A stretch of DNA of 64,000 nucleotides from an uncultured Phycisphaera sp. (GTDB lineage Bacteria; Planctomycetota; Phycisphaerae; UBA1845), in contig CAZYEX010000053.1 in the NCBI GenBank assembly GCA_964646605.1, positions 14,929 through 78,928 on the forward strand, in the 5' to 3' direction. The stretch's first letter is position 1, and each line of letters opens with the position of its first letter. Positions 44,390 to 53,338 of the stretch are shown piece by piece. Made by a program: the position numbers and the translations under genes. A model generated the notes under the pieces. It worked only from the letters and a program-made list of their open reading frames with translations. It made no database searches and had not been told where the DNA came from.

Positions 44390-45421
44390 ATGACCAGAGG
44401 ACGAACGATCGTTATCGTCGCCTTGGGACTGCTCATGCTGACGCCCTCCCTCGCCCATGCTCAACGCATTTACTGGACCGATGGCGGGGTTCCGGGCGTC
44501 CATCGGTGCGACCTCGATGGAACCCACATTGAACAAGTCCTCCCCACTGGAACGGGCGGAATTGCGCTCGACTTGAGCGCAGGCAAGCTGTATTGGGCCG
44601 ACGAGGGCCCAGCCATCCGCCGGGCCAACCTCGACGGGTCCGACGTCCAGGAGGTGATCACGGACGAGTATGGAACGCCCTACAGAGTTGCGCTGGACCT
44701 GCTGCACGAGAAGGTCTATTGGAACAACGGACTCGGCATCTGGCGCACCGACCTGACCAACCCGGACGGATCCGAGATCGAAAACGTGATGTTCGATGCG
44801 GTGTCCGGCGGCCCTCCGTTCGTGCTGGACCCGGCTGGCGCAACGATGTACTGGACCGTGGGGGAGCCATCATTTCAGGCGATCATGAAGGGCGACCTGA
44901 ACGCGTCCAATCCCCAACAACTGATTACGGAAGGTCTGAATCGCCCCGGGTCGATTGCACTGGATGAGACGGCCCATAAGCTCTATTTTGGTGATGCTGG
45001 CTTTGATGCCGGGATTCGTCGTGCCAACTCCGACGGATCGGGATTGGAGTTGGTCGTGCCGTTTGGCAAGCACCAAGCGATCGCCCACGAGGTGGCCTTG
45101 GACATCCTTCGCGGAAAGCTCTATTGGACGGATCGGCGTCTTTTCAGCATCCACCGCGCCAACTTGGACGGCTCCGATCCCGAGAGACTCCCCATCGATC
45201 TCCCCTATGAACCCAGGTATGTCGCCATTGATGAACGCGTGCCGGGGGACTGTGATTCCAATGGGGCGATCGAGTCCGCGGATCATTTTCGGTTGGTCAA
45301 CTGTTTGGGCGGGCCGGGATTGGGCGCAGTCGTGGGCTGCACCTGCGCGGATACTAATGGGGACCAGGATGTTGATCTCGCTGACTTCGCAGTCCTTCAG
45401 CGAGCTTTCCAGGTTCCGTAG
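44390..45421 (+). CDS. Secreted YWTD (LDL-receptor class B) beta-propeller with dockerin-like tail
   Basis: Signal peptide; IYWTD, LYWAD, VYWNN, MYWTV, LYFGD, LYWTD blades; GDCDSNG...DTNGDQDVDLADFAVLQRAF. Confidence 0.88.
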   Translation: MTRGRTIVIVALGLLMLTPSLAHAQRIYWTDGGVPGVHRCDLDGTHIEQVLPTGTGGIALDLSAGKLYWADEGPAIRRANLDGSDVQEVITDEYGTPYRVALDLLHEKVYWNNGLGIWRTDLTNPDGSEIENVMFDAVSGGPPFVLDPAGATMYWTVGEPSFQAIMKGDLNASNPQQLITEGLNRPGSIALDETAHKLYFGDAGFDAGIRRANSDGSGLELVVPFGKHQAIAHEVALDILRGKLYWTDRRLFSIHRANLDGSDPERLPIDLPYEPRYVAIDERVPGDCDSNGAIESADHFRLVNCLGGPGLGAVVGCTCADTNGDQDVDLADFAVLQRAFQVP

Positions 45422-45478
45422 CCCGGAACTGGCCAGTACCCTCTCCGGAAACGATGGAACGTGTGCGGAGGCAAATCG

Positions 45479-47428
45479 ATGAAGCCGAGCAAGTGGTTAT
45501 CGAAGTGTGTTTTTCTCCTTGCCCCAGCGCTCGCCGGAGTGTCGAGCACCTGGAGGCAAACTCATGCAGGCGGTCCCACGCTTTCGACGATCGATCTCTG
45601 TAGCGTCCTAGGGCCGACGTGCATAAACCTCGCCCAGTCTCTCGTGGGGCCGAACATTGTCATCTCCAACGTCCAATGTCGAGCCGCCTGCCGGGCGGCA
45701 GGGCTGTTCCAAGGCGGCGCCGGCGTCCTTGGCTTTGAGAGCGGGGTCGTCCTCGGGACGGGGAGCATCGCGGAGGTTGCCGGACCCAACGACGGGCCTC
45801 ACCAAACAACCGGAAATGCCTTCCCCGGAGATCCGCGCTTGGACCCGCTGGCGTCAGGATGCGGAGTCGATTGTCTCACCAGGGACGCGACCATCCTGGA
45901 ATTCGACTTCCAGTTCGCGCCGGGCTGTCAAGCGCAAGACACGATCTCCTTCCAGTATGTTTTCGCCTCCGACGAGTACCACGAGTACCTCAACGACCCT
46001 CTGGTCGGCACCTACAACGACGTCTTCGCCTTTTTTCTCAACGGGGTCAACATTGCCCGGCTCCCGGGGACAATAAGCACGCCGGTCTCCATCGGCACCG
46101 TCAACTGCGGCTGGGGTGATACTTCACCTTGTGGGCATTGTCCCTTCACCTATCGCGATTGTCCGCCCTACGGCGGGTCCAACTGTGTTCTGTTGCGTAA
46201 CAATCAGTTCGATCCGCCGGTGATCGGCACTTGTAACTCGGTCGGGCCCGGAATCGACACCGAAATGGACGCCCTGACCATCGTTCTGACCGCAAGCGGT
46301 CCCGTGGACACGGCCCCGGGGGCGATCAACCACATCGTCCTGGGCATCGCGGACGTACGCGATCAACAGGTCGACTCGAACGTGTTCCTCAAGTCCGCGA
46401 GTATCGTCTGTCAACGCCCCACCGGCGCGTGCTGCGACAGCGCGGGCGGAACATGTACCGAGAACGTACTCGAAGAGGACTGCGCGGGTCAGTGGTACGC
46501 GGGGATCGACTGCGCCCATGTTCATCCCCCCTGCAAGGCCCCGCGGATGCTCGTGCTGCTCGATCGAACGGGGTCGATGAACGCGATTCGTGTGAAGACC
46601 GGGAATACCCGTTGCTTCGACGCCTTGCAGCGAGCGAAGGACGATGTGACGGAGTTCTTCACCAATCACTCGAACGGGCGCGTGGCGGTGTGGACGTTCA
46701 ACGGCGCGGAGCCGACCCCGCGCACCAACGGGTTCGTCGATCAGGCCGCGGCGCTGCCGGCCTTGAACGACCCGAGTGCGGCCGTCTGCCAGTCGCTGAC
46801 CCCGTTGGCGGAGTCGATGTGCGAGGCCGCCGACGCCCTGACCGCGCAACTGGCGGATCCGTCCGTGGGCGACTTGTTCTTGGCGGTCAGCAGCGACGGT
46901 CAAGAGAACCACAGCGATGGTGAATGCGCCGGACCCCACTCGACCGCCGGGACAACGAACTGCGGGCAGTACGACGCCCTTTCGTGGCAGAAAAAGGTGT
47001 GCGACAAGTTGATCGGCGCCGCCGTGGTGATGGCCAGATACTGGGGATCGCTGCAATTCACCGAGTCGAGCGGGATGGACCAGGAGACAGGGCAATTGCA
47101 AGGAGGCGCGGTGTCCGATTATGTGTTCTTCCAGAGCCTTGCCGAGGCGAGCGGCGGGCGCTTCGACCTCATGGACGATGCGGCCGCCCCGCCCACCGGC
47201 GCTTGCTGCGACGATGTCGATCGCTGCCGGGGCGGACTCACGTCCGACGCCTGCGCCGCTATCGGAGGGGCATACCTTGGCGACGGGACCGACTGCTCCA
47301 CGGTCCTCTGTAGCCCCAGGCCGGTCGTGATTCCGACCCTGTCGGAATGGGGTGTCATTGCCATGACGTTGCTTCTCCTTGTCAGTGGCACCGTGATTCT
47401 GGCACGCCAACACACTTTACCGATGTAA
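45479..47428 (+). CDS. Secreted choice-of-anchor-L-like + Cys-rich + VWA protein with IPTL-CTERM
   Basis: FQYVFASDEY...YNDVFAFFLNGVNIA...GIADVRDQQVDSNVFL; LLDRTGSM VWA; GACC repeats; IPTLSEWGVIAMTLLLL. Confidence 0.85.
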   Translation: MKPSKWLSKCVFLLAPALAGVSSTWRQTHAGGPTLSTIDLCSVLGPTCINLAQSLVGPNIVISNVQCRAACRAAGLFQGGAGVLGFESGVVLGTGSIAEVAGPNDGPHQTTGNAFPGDPRLDPLASGCGVDCLTRDATILEFDFQFAPGCQAQDTISFQYVFASDEYHEYLNDPLVGTYNDVFAFFLNGVNIARLPGTISTPVSIGTVNCGWGDTSPCGHCPFTYRDCPPYGGSNCVLLRNNQFDPPVIGTCNSVGPGIDTEMDALTIVLTASGPVDTAPGAINHIVLGIADVRDQQVDSNVFLKSASIVCQRPTGACCDSAGGTCTENVLEEDCAGQWYAGIDCAHVHPPCKAPRMLVLLDRTGSMNAIRVKTGNTRCFDALQRAKDDVTEFFTNHSNGRVAVWTFNGAEPTPRTNGFVDQAAALPALNDPSAAVCQSLTPLAESMCEAADALTAQLADPSVGDLFLAVSSDGQENHSDGECAGPHSTAGTTNCGQYDALSWQKKVCDKLIGAAVVMARYWGSLQFTESSGMDQETGQLQGGAVSDYVFFQSLAEASGGRFDLMDDAAAPPTGACCDDVDRCRGGLTSDACAAIGGAYLGDGTDCSTVLCSPRPVVIPTLSEWGVIAMTLLLLVSGTVILARQHTLPM

Positions 47429-47482
47429 CCCATAGAGGGTCGTCTCGATGCGCTTTCAAACCCAACCCGAGAGGCGTCGTCC

Positions 47483-49609
47483 ATGAACATGCACCCCACG
47501 CTTTTGCATCGGGCCACGCTGGACGAATCCGTGGCGGCACGCTTGCGGGCGCTGGTGGCGCGCTTGCGCGGATACGTTCTTCTCGAAGGGATCGCTCAGG
47601 CGGCGCTGTTCGTCGTGCTTTGTGCGGCGCTGCAATTCGCTTTGGACTACGGCCTGCGCGGATTGCGCTGGAGCATGCGCGCCGCCCTCCTCGGGGCGGT
47701 CGTGGGGGCGACGGGTTGGCTGATCTGGCGGCGCATCATCGCTCCGTTGAGCGTTCGCATGGGGCTGCCGGAGGCCGCCAATCTGGTGGAGCGACGATTC
47801 CCCGAGTTGTCTTCCCTTCTCGTGTCCGCGGTCCGGTTTTCGAGCGGGCAGGTGGGCAATCGACAATCGAATTCCCCGGCCCTGATGTCCTCGGTCGTGG
47901 CGTCCGCGTCGCGACAGGCCTCGCGCTTAGACTTTCAGACGGTCCTCGATTCGCAACGTGCCCGGCGGTCGGGCATGACCACCTTCGGCGTCATCGTCCT
48001 TTTTACGCTTGCCGCATGGCTCGCTCCACAAATGGTGGGCACCTGGTTCGCTCGCAACGTTCTTCTGGAAGAGATCGCCTGGCCTCAGAAGACCTGGCTC
48101 AAGGTCGACGTCCCGCAAGGCGGGTTGGTGGGGGCGCGGGGCGACGACCTAGTCCTCCAAGCCCATGCCGAGGGCGTCCAGCCGCAGGCCGTGGAAATCT
48201 TTTTCACCTCCGCCACTGGCGACGAGGGTCGCGAGACCATGGTGACCGTGGGCAGCGAGGGGGCCTACCGCTATCGCTACACCTTCAAGGATGCGCAGGA
48301 AGATTTTAGGTTCCATCTTGCGGGCGGCGACGACGAAACGGAGGAGTTCGAGGTGCGCTTACGCGATCGGCCGCGGGTGGAGCATTCGCAGGTCCGCATC
48401 GTGCCGCCTTCGTATACGGGTTTGAGCGAATCGATCCTCGGCGACGGCGAACGCGCGGCGCAGATTCTCCCCGGCAGCGAGGTGACCTTCGACATTCGCG
48501 CCAACAAGCCGATCACGACGGCTTCGTTGATGGTCGGTGCCAAGGTCGCGGTATCGGCCTCAACGGACGGCGACCATGTCATCGCGTCCGTGCGACCCTT
48601 GGAAACGCAGACCTATCATTTCGCGCTGCTCGATGAGTTCGGCTTGGAAGACCGTCAACCGGCTCGCTTCGCCCTGCGGGTCATCAAGGACGAACCGCCG
48701 CGGGTTCGCATGAAACTTCCCGGCGTCGGCGAGATGATCACGCCGGACGCGGTGCTCCCCATTGAGATCGAGTTCAGCGACACGTATGGGTTGGCCTCGG
48801 CGGAACTCGCCTTCCAGGTCACCCGCGACGACGCCCGTGAAGGGACCATTTCGTTCGACGGTTTCTCGCCGAAGCAAACGACTTTTTCCACGTCGGTCCC
48901 CTGGCCCGTGAGCGCCGCAACGGTCGCACCGGGCGATCGCCTTACGCTTGTCGCCCGCGCCGCGGACTTTGACGACGTGTCCGGCCCCAACACGGGCCAG
49001 TCGGCTGAGTTTTCCATGCGCGTCGTCACTCGGGACGAGCTTTTGGCGGAATTGGCCCGTAAGGAACAAGAATTCCGCATGGACTTTGAGAGACTCATCG
49101 ACGCGCAGGAACAGCTTCGTGGCCGCCTCCTTACACTTATCGGACTTTCAACCGGCGACCGATCCACTGAATCTTTTTCCTTGGAGGCGTCGAATCTTGA
49201 AAGGCGACAAAGGTCGATTGCCGGGTCGGTAGGGGTGGTTCGGCAACAAGTGGAGCAGATTCTGGCCGAAATGCGTATAAACCAAGTGGCCACCCAGACC
49301 GTCGAGGAGCGGGTCGGGGGGGGCATTGCGGAGCCGCTGGGGCGGTTGATCACCCGCGATTTTCCTCTGGCGGCGGACACGATCCGGCAGTGGTCGCGGG
49401 AAGCCCAGGGTGAGGCCGGGGGGCGGGTGGACCCCCAGCAGGCTGCTTTGTTGTCACAAATGCGCGCCGTGCTGGCCAACATGCTACAATGGGAAGGGTA
49501 TCAGGAGGCGGTCAACATGCTCCGCGACATCCTTCGCTTGCAGCAGGAATTGCGAACGGAGACGAAGGATGCAGCGGGCAAGCAAGGGACCGGAGTGTTC
49601 GATGATTGA
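47483..49609 (+). CDS. DUF4175-like membrane protein (TMs, Ig-like domains, coiled coil)
   Basis: RLRALVARLR start, NLVERRFPELSSLLVSAV, WFARNVLL..WP, DEPPRV, AADFDDVSGPNTG. Confidence 0.8.
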   Translation: MNMHPTLLHRATLDESVAARLRALVARLRGYVLLEGIAQAALFVVLCAALQFALDYGLRGLRWSMRAALLGAVVGATGWLIWRRIIAPLSVRMGLPEAANLVERRFPELSSLLVSAVRFSSGQVGNRQSNSPALMSSVVASASRQASRLDFQTVLDSQRARRSGMTTFGVIVLFTLAAWLAPQMVGTWFARNVLLEEIAWPQKTWLKVDVPQGGLVGARGDDLVLQAHAEGVQPQAVEIFFTSATGDEGRETMVTVGSEGAYRYRYTFKDAQEDFRFHLAGGDDETEEFEVRLRDRPRVEHSQVRIVPPSYTGLSESILGDGERAAQILPGSEVTFDIRANKPITTASLMVGAKVAVSASTDGDHVIASVRPLETQTYHFALLDEFGLEDRQPARFALRVIKDEPPRVRMKLPGVGEMITPDAVLPIEIEFSDTYGLASAELAFQVTRDDAREGTISFDGFSPKQTTFSTSVPWPVSAATVAPGDRLTLVARAADFDDVSGPNTGQSAEFSMRVVTRDELLAELARKEQEFRMDFERLIDAQEQLRGRLLTLIGLSTGDRSTESFSLEASNLERRQRSIAGSVGVVRQQVEQILAEMRINQVATQTVEERVGGGIAEPLGRLITRDFPLAADTIRQWSREAQGEAGGRVDPQQAALLSQMRAVLANMLQWEGYQEAVNMLRDILRLQQELRTETKDAAGKQGTGVFDD
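47540..47571 (+). repeat. 32-bp direct repeat, copy 2 (inside gene 47483)
   Basis: CGCTTGCGGGCGCTGGTGGCGCGCTTGCGCGG. Confidence 0.85.
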
Positions 49610-51566
49610 CCCACGTCCCATCCGCGAGGGCGGAGCGCGCCTGGGCTTGCGCCGTGGGCGGCGGGGCGCATTCGCACTTCCTTCGCCGGCACGATTGTTG
49701 GCGGTTATGGCCATCTCTTTGTGGGGCGGGTTCCTGGCGAACACCGCAACTGCGACCGACACGACCCCACCGGCTGAATTTCACCCGCTGGCCTCGAAAG
49801 AGGAGATGATCCGGGATCGGTTCCAACGGTTCCAGGATCGGATCTTCCGACTGCGCGAGCAGCTTTCGCAAAGCGAGCCGGAGAATGCCGCACGGTTGGC
49901 ACGGGCGTTGACCCGCGCCGGCGAGTTGGGACTGGCCGAGAAACTCGAAGAGATCATTCGCCAACTTCGCGATTCGTCCTCCTTGGATCAGTCGGTGGAC
50001 GCGCAGGGAAGTTGGATCGAGGACGCCGATCGCCTGCTCAATCTTCTCCTGGAGCAAGACAGCAACAACGAAGAGCGGAAACGGGAATTGGAGCGTCTGG
50101 AGGCATACCGTCAAAAGCTCGCCGAGATTCTCGCCCAAGAAAAGGGACTGCGTGCGGACTCCGCCGACACGGGCGCGGCCGAGCGACTCTCCAAGCAGGT
50201 GGACCAAGCCCTTCGCCGCGCCGAGGCGCTGCTCAAGCGGCAGGAGAGTCTGTCTCAATCCACGCAGAAGCAGGCGGCGTCCGGCGGCGAGTCGTCCCGA
50301 CCGTTGGGTGACGAGCAACAGACACTTTCGCGCGACGCAGAGGAGCTGGCCAAAGAGTTGGAGCGGCTCAGTGCCGCACCGTCCGAACAGGCGGCGGAGT
50401 CGGGGCCCATGTCGGCGGCGCGGTCGCAGGTGCAGTCCGCAGGGGAATCCACGCAGAGCGCATCCGGTTCGATGTCCCAGGCAGGGCAGCAGTTGAGCGA
50501 AAACAAGCCTCCGGAGGCGAAGGAACCGCAGGAGAAGGCGGAAGAGTCTTTGCGCGAGGCGATCGAGCGCTTGCAGGAGGCCAAGAAGGAGCTGAGCGCT
50601 CCCAAGCAACCCCCGGCGGAAATGGCCGAAAAGCAGCGCGGCGTCGCCCAGCAAACCGGCGGGCTTTCCGACCAGATGCGTCAAGACGCTTCGTCCGAGC
50701 AGGGCGGTCAGCAAGGTCAGCCCAAAGAGGGTCAAAAGGGCGGCGGCAAGAGCGGCGCCAAAACCCCGGGGCTACAAAACCTCGACCAGGCCGAGCGAGA
50801 GATGAACGGGGCCGCGGAATCGCTCGACGCCAACACTCCCCAAGAAGCGACGCCCAAGCAGGACAAAGCCATCGCCGAGTTGGAACAGGCGCAGCAGGAA
50901 CTCGAACAAGCCCTCGAACAGCTTCGCAAGGAACAGCGCGAGGAGACGCTCCGCGATCTCGAGGCACGGTTTCGCGACATGCTCACCAAGCAGAGGCCCA
51001 TCAACGAATCGACGCTCGCTCTGGATCGCCTGGGGTCGTCCAACTTCCGTCGCGCCGAGGAGTTGCAGCTCGCCGATCTCTCGACGGCGCAGCGCGGGCT
51101 TTCCGAGCAGGCGGCGACGTGCCTGCACATTCTTGACGAGGAGGGTTCGACGATCGCGTTTCCGCGGGTGGTGGAACAACTCGCCGAGGACATGGCCGCG
51201 TCGGGGGAGCGTCTGGCGGGGCTGGACGTGGCGGCGATCACGCAGGCGATCCAGCAAGAAATCATTGACACGCTCGAACAGTTGCTCGAGTCGGTCAAGA
51301 AAATGCAACAAGAAAATGAACAATCGAATGGGTCGCAGTCGCAGAGCGACAAGGAGCCTCCGCTGCTGCCGGCCTCGGCGGAGCTCAAACTCCTGCGATC
51401 GAGCCAACTTCGAGTCAACACGCGGACGGCCACCATCGCCCAAAGCGCGGCGAGCGGCGTCGAGGATGTGCAAAAGGCGGCGCAGGCCTTGCGGAAACTC
51501 GCCGCCCGGCAGACCGAGTGTGCGGAAATTGCCAAGCAGATGCGCGATCGAGAACAGGGCCAGTAG
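49602..51566 (+). CDS. Secreted long coiled-coil protein (DUF4175-family-like)
   Basis: Signal-like segment, then Q/E-rich heptads; AELKLLRSSQLRVN motif; ATG49602 preferred. Confidence 0.75.
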   Translation: MIDPRPIREGGARLGLRRGRRGAFALPSPARLLAVMAISLWGGFLANTATATDTTPPAEFHPLASKEEMIRDRFQRFQDRIFRLREQLSQSEPENAARLARALTRAGELGLAEKLEEIIRQLRDSSSLDQSVDAQGSWIEDADRLLNLLLEQDSNNEERKRELERLEAYRQKLAEILAQEKGLRADSADTGAAERLSKQVDQALRRAEALLKRQESLSQSTQKQAASGGESSRPLGDEQQTLSRDAEELAKELERLSAAPSEQAAESGPMSAARSQVQSAGESTQSASGSMSQAGQQLSENKPPEAKEPQEKAEESLREAIERLQEAKKELSAPKQPPAEMAEKQRGVAQQTGGLSDQMRQDASSEQGGQQGQPKEGQKGGGKSGAKTPGLQNLDQAEREMNGAAESLDANTPQEATPKQDKAIAELEQAQQELEQALEQLRKEQREETLRDLEARFRDMLTKQRPINESTLALDRLGSSNFRRAEELQLADLSTAQRGLSEQAATCLHILDEEGSTIAFPRVVEQLAEDMAASGERLAGLDVAAITQAIQQEIIDTLEQLLESVKKMQQENEQSNGSQSQSDKEPPLLPASAELKLLRSSQLRVNTRTATIAQSAASGVEDVQKAAQALRKLAARQTECAEIAKQMRDREQGQ

Positions 51567-51589
51567 TCGCGCAATGGGGAGGTTGGGCT

Positions 51590-52612
51590 ATGCAAACAAC
51601 GGTTCGAGGAAGTTTGGCGCTTACGGTGGGCGCCTGGGTGGCTGTCGCAGGTGTCGTCCACGCGGCGGAGGTCGGACCGGTGGACCGCTTCCTCGTGGGA
51701 TTGGAGTCCGCGGCGCTTCCCGGTTCTGCCAAAACGCTGCTTCAAGAGCAGTGGAAAAAGTGTGACGGTTGCGACCCCCACGAGTTTCTCACGCAAGCCC
51801 TGGCCGTGGTGTCGAGCGAGTTCCGCGAGGGGCTGGATGCCTTCGACGCCGACGAGTACGAGCGCTGTGCGGGGCGCATGGCGGGGCTGACCCAAGACGC
51901 CGATCCCTTCCTCGCGGTCCACGCGGGGGTCTACGAGATCAAGGCCTTGGTGGAGTTGGAGCGGCTGGTCGAAGCCGGGGCGCGGATCGCGGAGCTGACC
52001 TCCGATGGCGGAGCGAAGCTCGCCGCACATTCCTACTTCGCCGCAGAGATCGAGTTCCTCCGCGGGTTCTGTATGGTGGCCGACCTGCAATACGACGCGG
52101 CGGAGGATGCCCTGGCGCGATTCCTGACGGAGTTCGGGGATGCGCCGCAGCGGTTGACTTTGGCCGCCAAGCAGATGCTCGCCGAGCTTGCCAACCGTGA
52201 GCCGGGTGGGATGGGCGAGGTCGCCGATTTGATGAACTACTCCGGGCGACGGCTGAAAAGCTCCGACGGCGGGGAGGTCGTCCAGACGCGCCAACAGCGC
52301 ATCCTCGAACTGCTCGACGCGCTCATCAAGGAGGCCGAGGAGCAGGAAAAGAAGAGTTGCAACAGCGGCGGATCAAGCGGTCGTGCCAGCGGCAAGTCAC
52401 CGGCCACACCCATGTCGGAATCGGGCCTGCCCGGCGGAAGTCCGCAAAGCGACGCCATGCGCGCCGCCCGCCGCGCCAACCCCGGCGAAGTCTGGGGCAA
52501 CATGCCCCCCGGCGAACGGGAACGCATCCTGCAGGCATTGCGGGAGAGCTTTCCGGCCCGCTATCGCCAACTTGTCGAGCAGTACTATGAGGAGCTTGCC
52601 AAGAAGCCGTAA
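51590..52612 (+). CDS. Secreted TPR-like helical protein
   Basis: Signal peptide; EVADLM...QQRILELLDALI; WGNMPPGERERILQ...FPARYRQLVEQYY tail typical of Bat-cluster terminal proteins. Confidence 0.7.
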   Translation: MQTTVRGSLALTVGAWVAVAGVVHAAEVGPVDRFLVGLESAALPGSAKTLLQEQWKKCDGCDPHEFLTQALAVVSSEFREGLDAFDADEYERCAGRMAGLTQDADPFLAVHAGVYEIKALVELERLVEAGARIAELTSDGGAKLAAHSYFAAEIEFLRGFCMVADLQYDAAEDALARFLTEFGDAPQRLTLAAKQMLAELANREPGGMGEVADLMNYSGRRLKSSDGGEVVQTRQQRILELLDALIKEAEEQEKKSCNSGGSSGRASGKSPATPMSESGLPGGSPQSDAMRAARRANPGEVWGNMPPGERERILQALRESFPARYRQLVEQYYEELAKKP

Positions 52613-52665
52613 GGCGAGGGAATCGAAGGTCGCCGGAGGGCCCTTGATGCCGAAGGTGATTTCCC

Positions 52666-52980
52666 GTGGTTGCCAACATTGACTTGAATCACGACGAACT
52701 TGCCCGACTTTGTCGGCGTCACGACATTCTGCGGTTATCGCTGTTCGGGTCGGTGTTGCGGAACGACTTCGCCCCAGGCAGCGACGTCGATGTGCTCGTG
52801 GAGTTCGATCCACAGGTCGTCGTCGGATTTCGGATTTTCCGCGTGGAGGAAGAACTTTCGCGGCTCTTTGGCGGGCGCTCCGTCGACCTGATCGACCCTC
52901 AGTACGTAAACCGATGCCTGCGCGAGCCTATCCTTTCCAGCGCTGAAGTCGTGTACGACGCGAACGATGGTCGGCGCTGA
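52666..52980 (+). CDS. mntA: MntA-type nucleotidyltransferase antitoxin
   Basis: FGSVLRNDFAPGSDVD = G-S-X10-D-X-D. Confidence 0.88.
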   Translation: MVANIDLNHDELARLCRRHDILRLSLFGSVLRNDFAPGSDVDVLVEFDPQVVVGFRIFRVEEELSRLFGGRSVDLIDPQYVNRCLREPILSSAEVVYDANDGRR

Positions 52981-53311
52981 TCGGATCTTCGTTCAGCAGA
53001 TGATCGACCACGGGCGCAAGGCGCTCGCGCGCATCGCGGACAAGCAGCACGCGGATTTCGACGCCGATGAGGACCTTCGGATCGTCGTTTTGCACTTGGT
53101 GCAGATCCTCGGGGAGGCCGCCCGCAAGGTGAGTCCCGATTTTCGCAACCTACATCCGCAGATTCCGTGGAACGACATCATTGGGATGCGGCACAAGATC
53201 GTCCACGACTACATGGACATCAACGAACGAATCCTGTGGGAAGTCGTTCGCTATGAACTCGGGCCGCTGCTGGAACGACTCGAGAGGCTGGTTTCCCACG
53301 CGCCTCGGTAG
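52967..53311 (+). CDS. hepT: HepT/DUF86 HEPN ribonuclease toxin
   Basis: GMRHKIVHDY = R-X4-H-X-Y; overlaps mntA. Confidence 0.88.
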   Translation: MVGADRIFVQQMIDHGRKALARIADKQHADFDADEDLRIVVLHLVQILGEAARKVSPDFRNLHPQIPWNDIIGMRHKIVHDYMDINERILWEVVRYELGPLLERLERLVSHAPR

Positions 53312-53338
53312 CCCCTCTTGGTCCTGTCGGAGCGGGTT

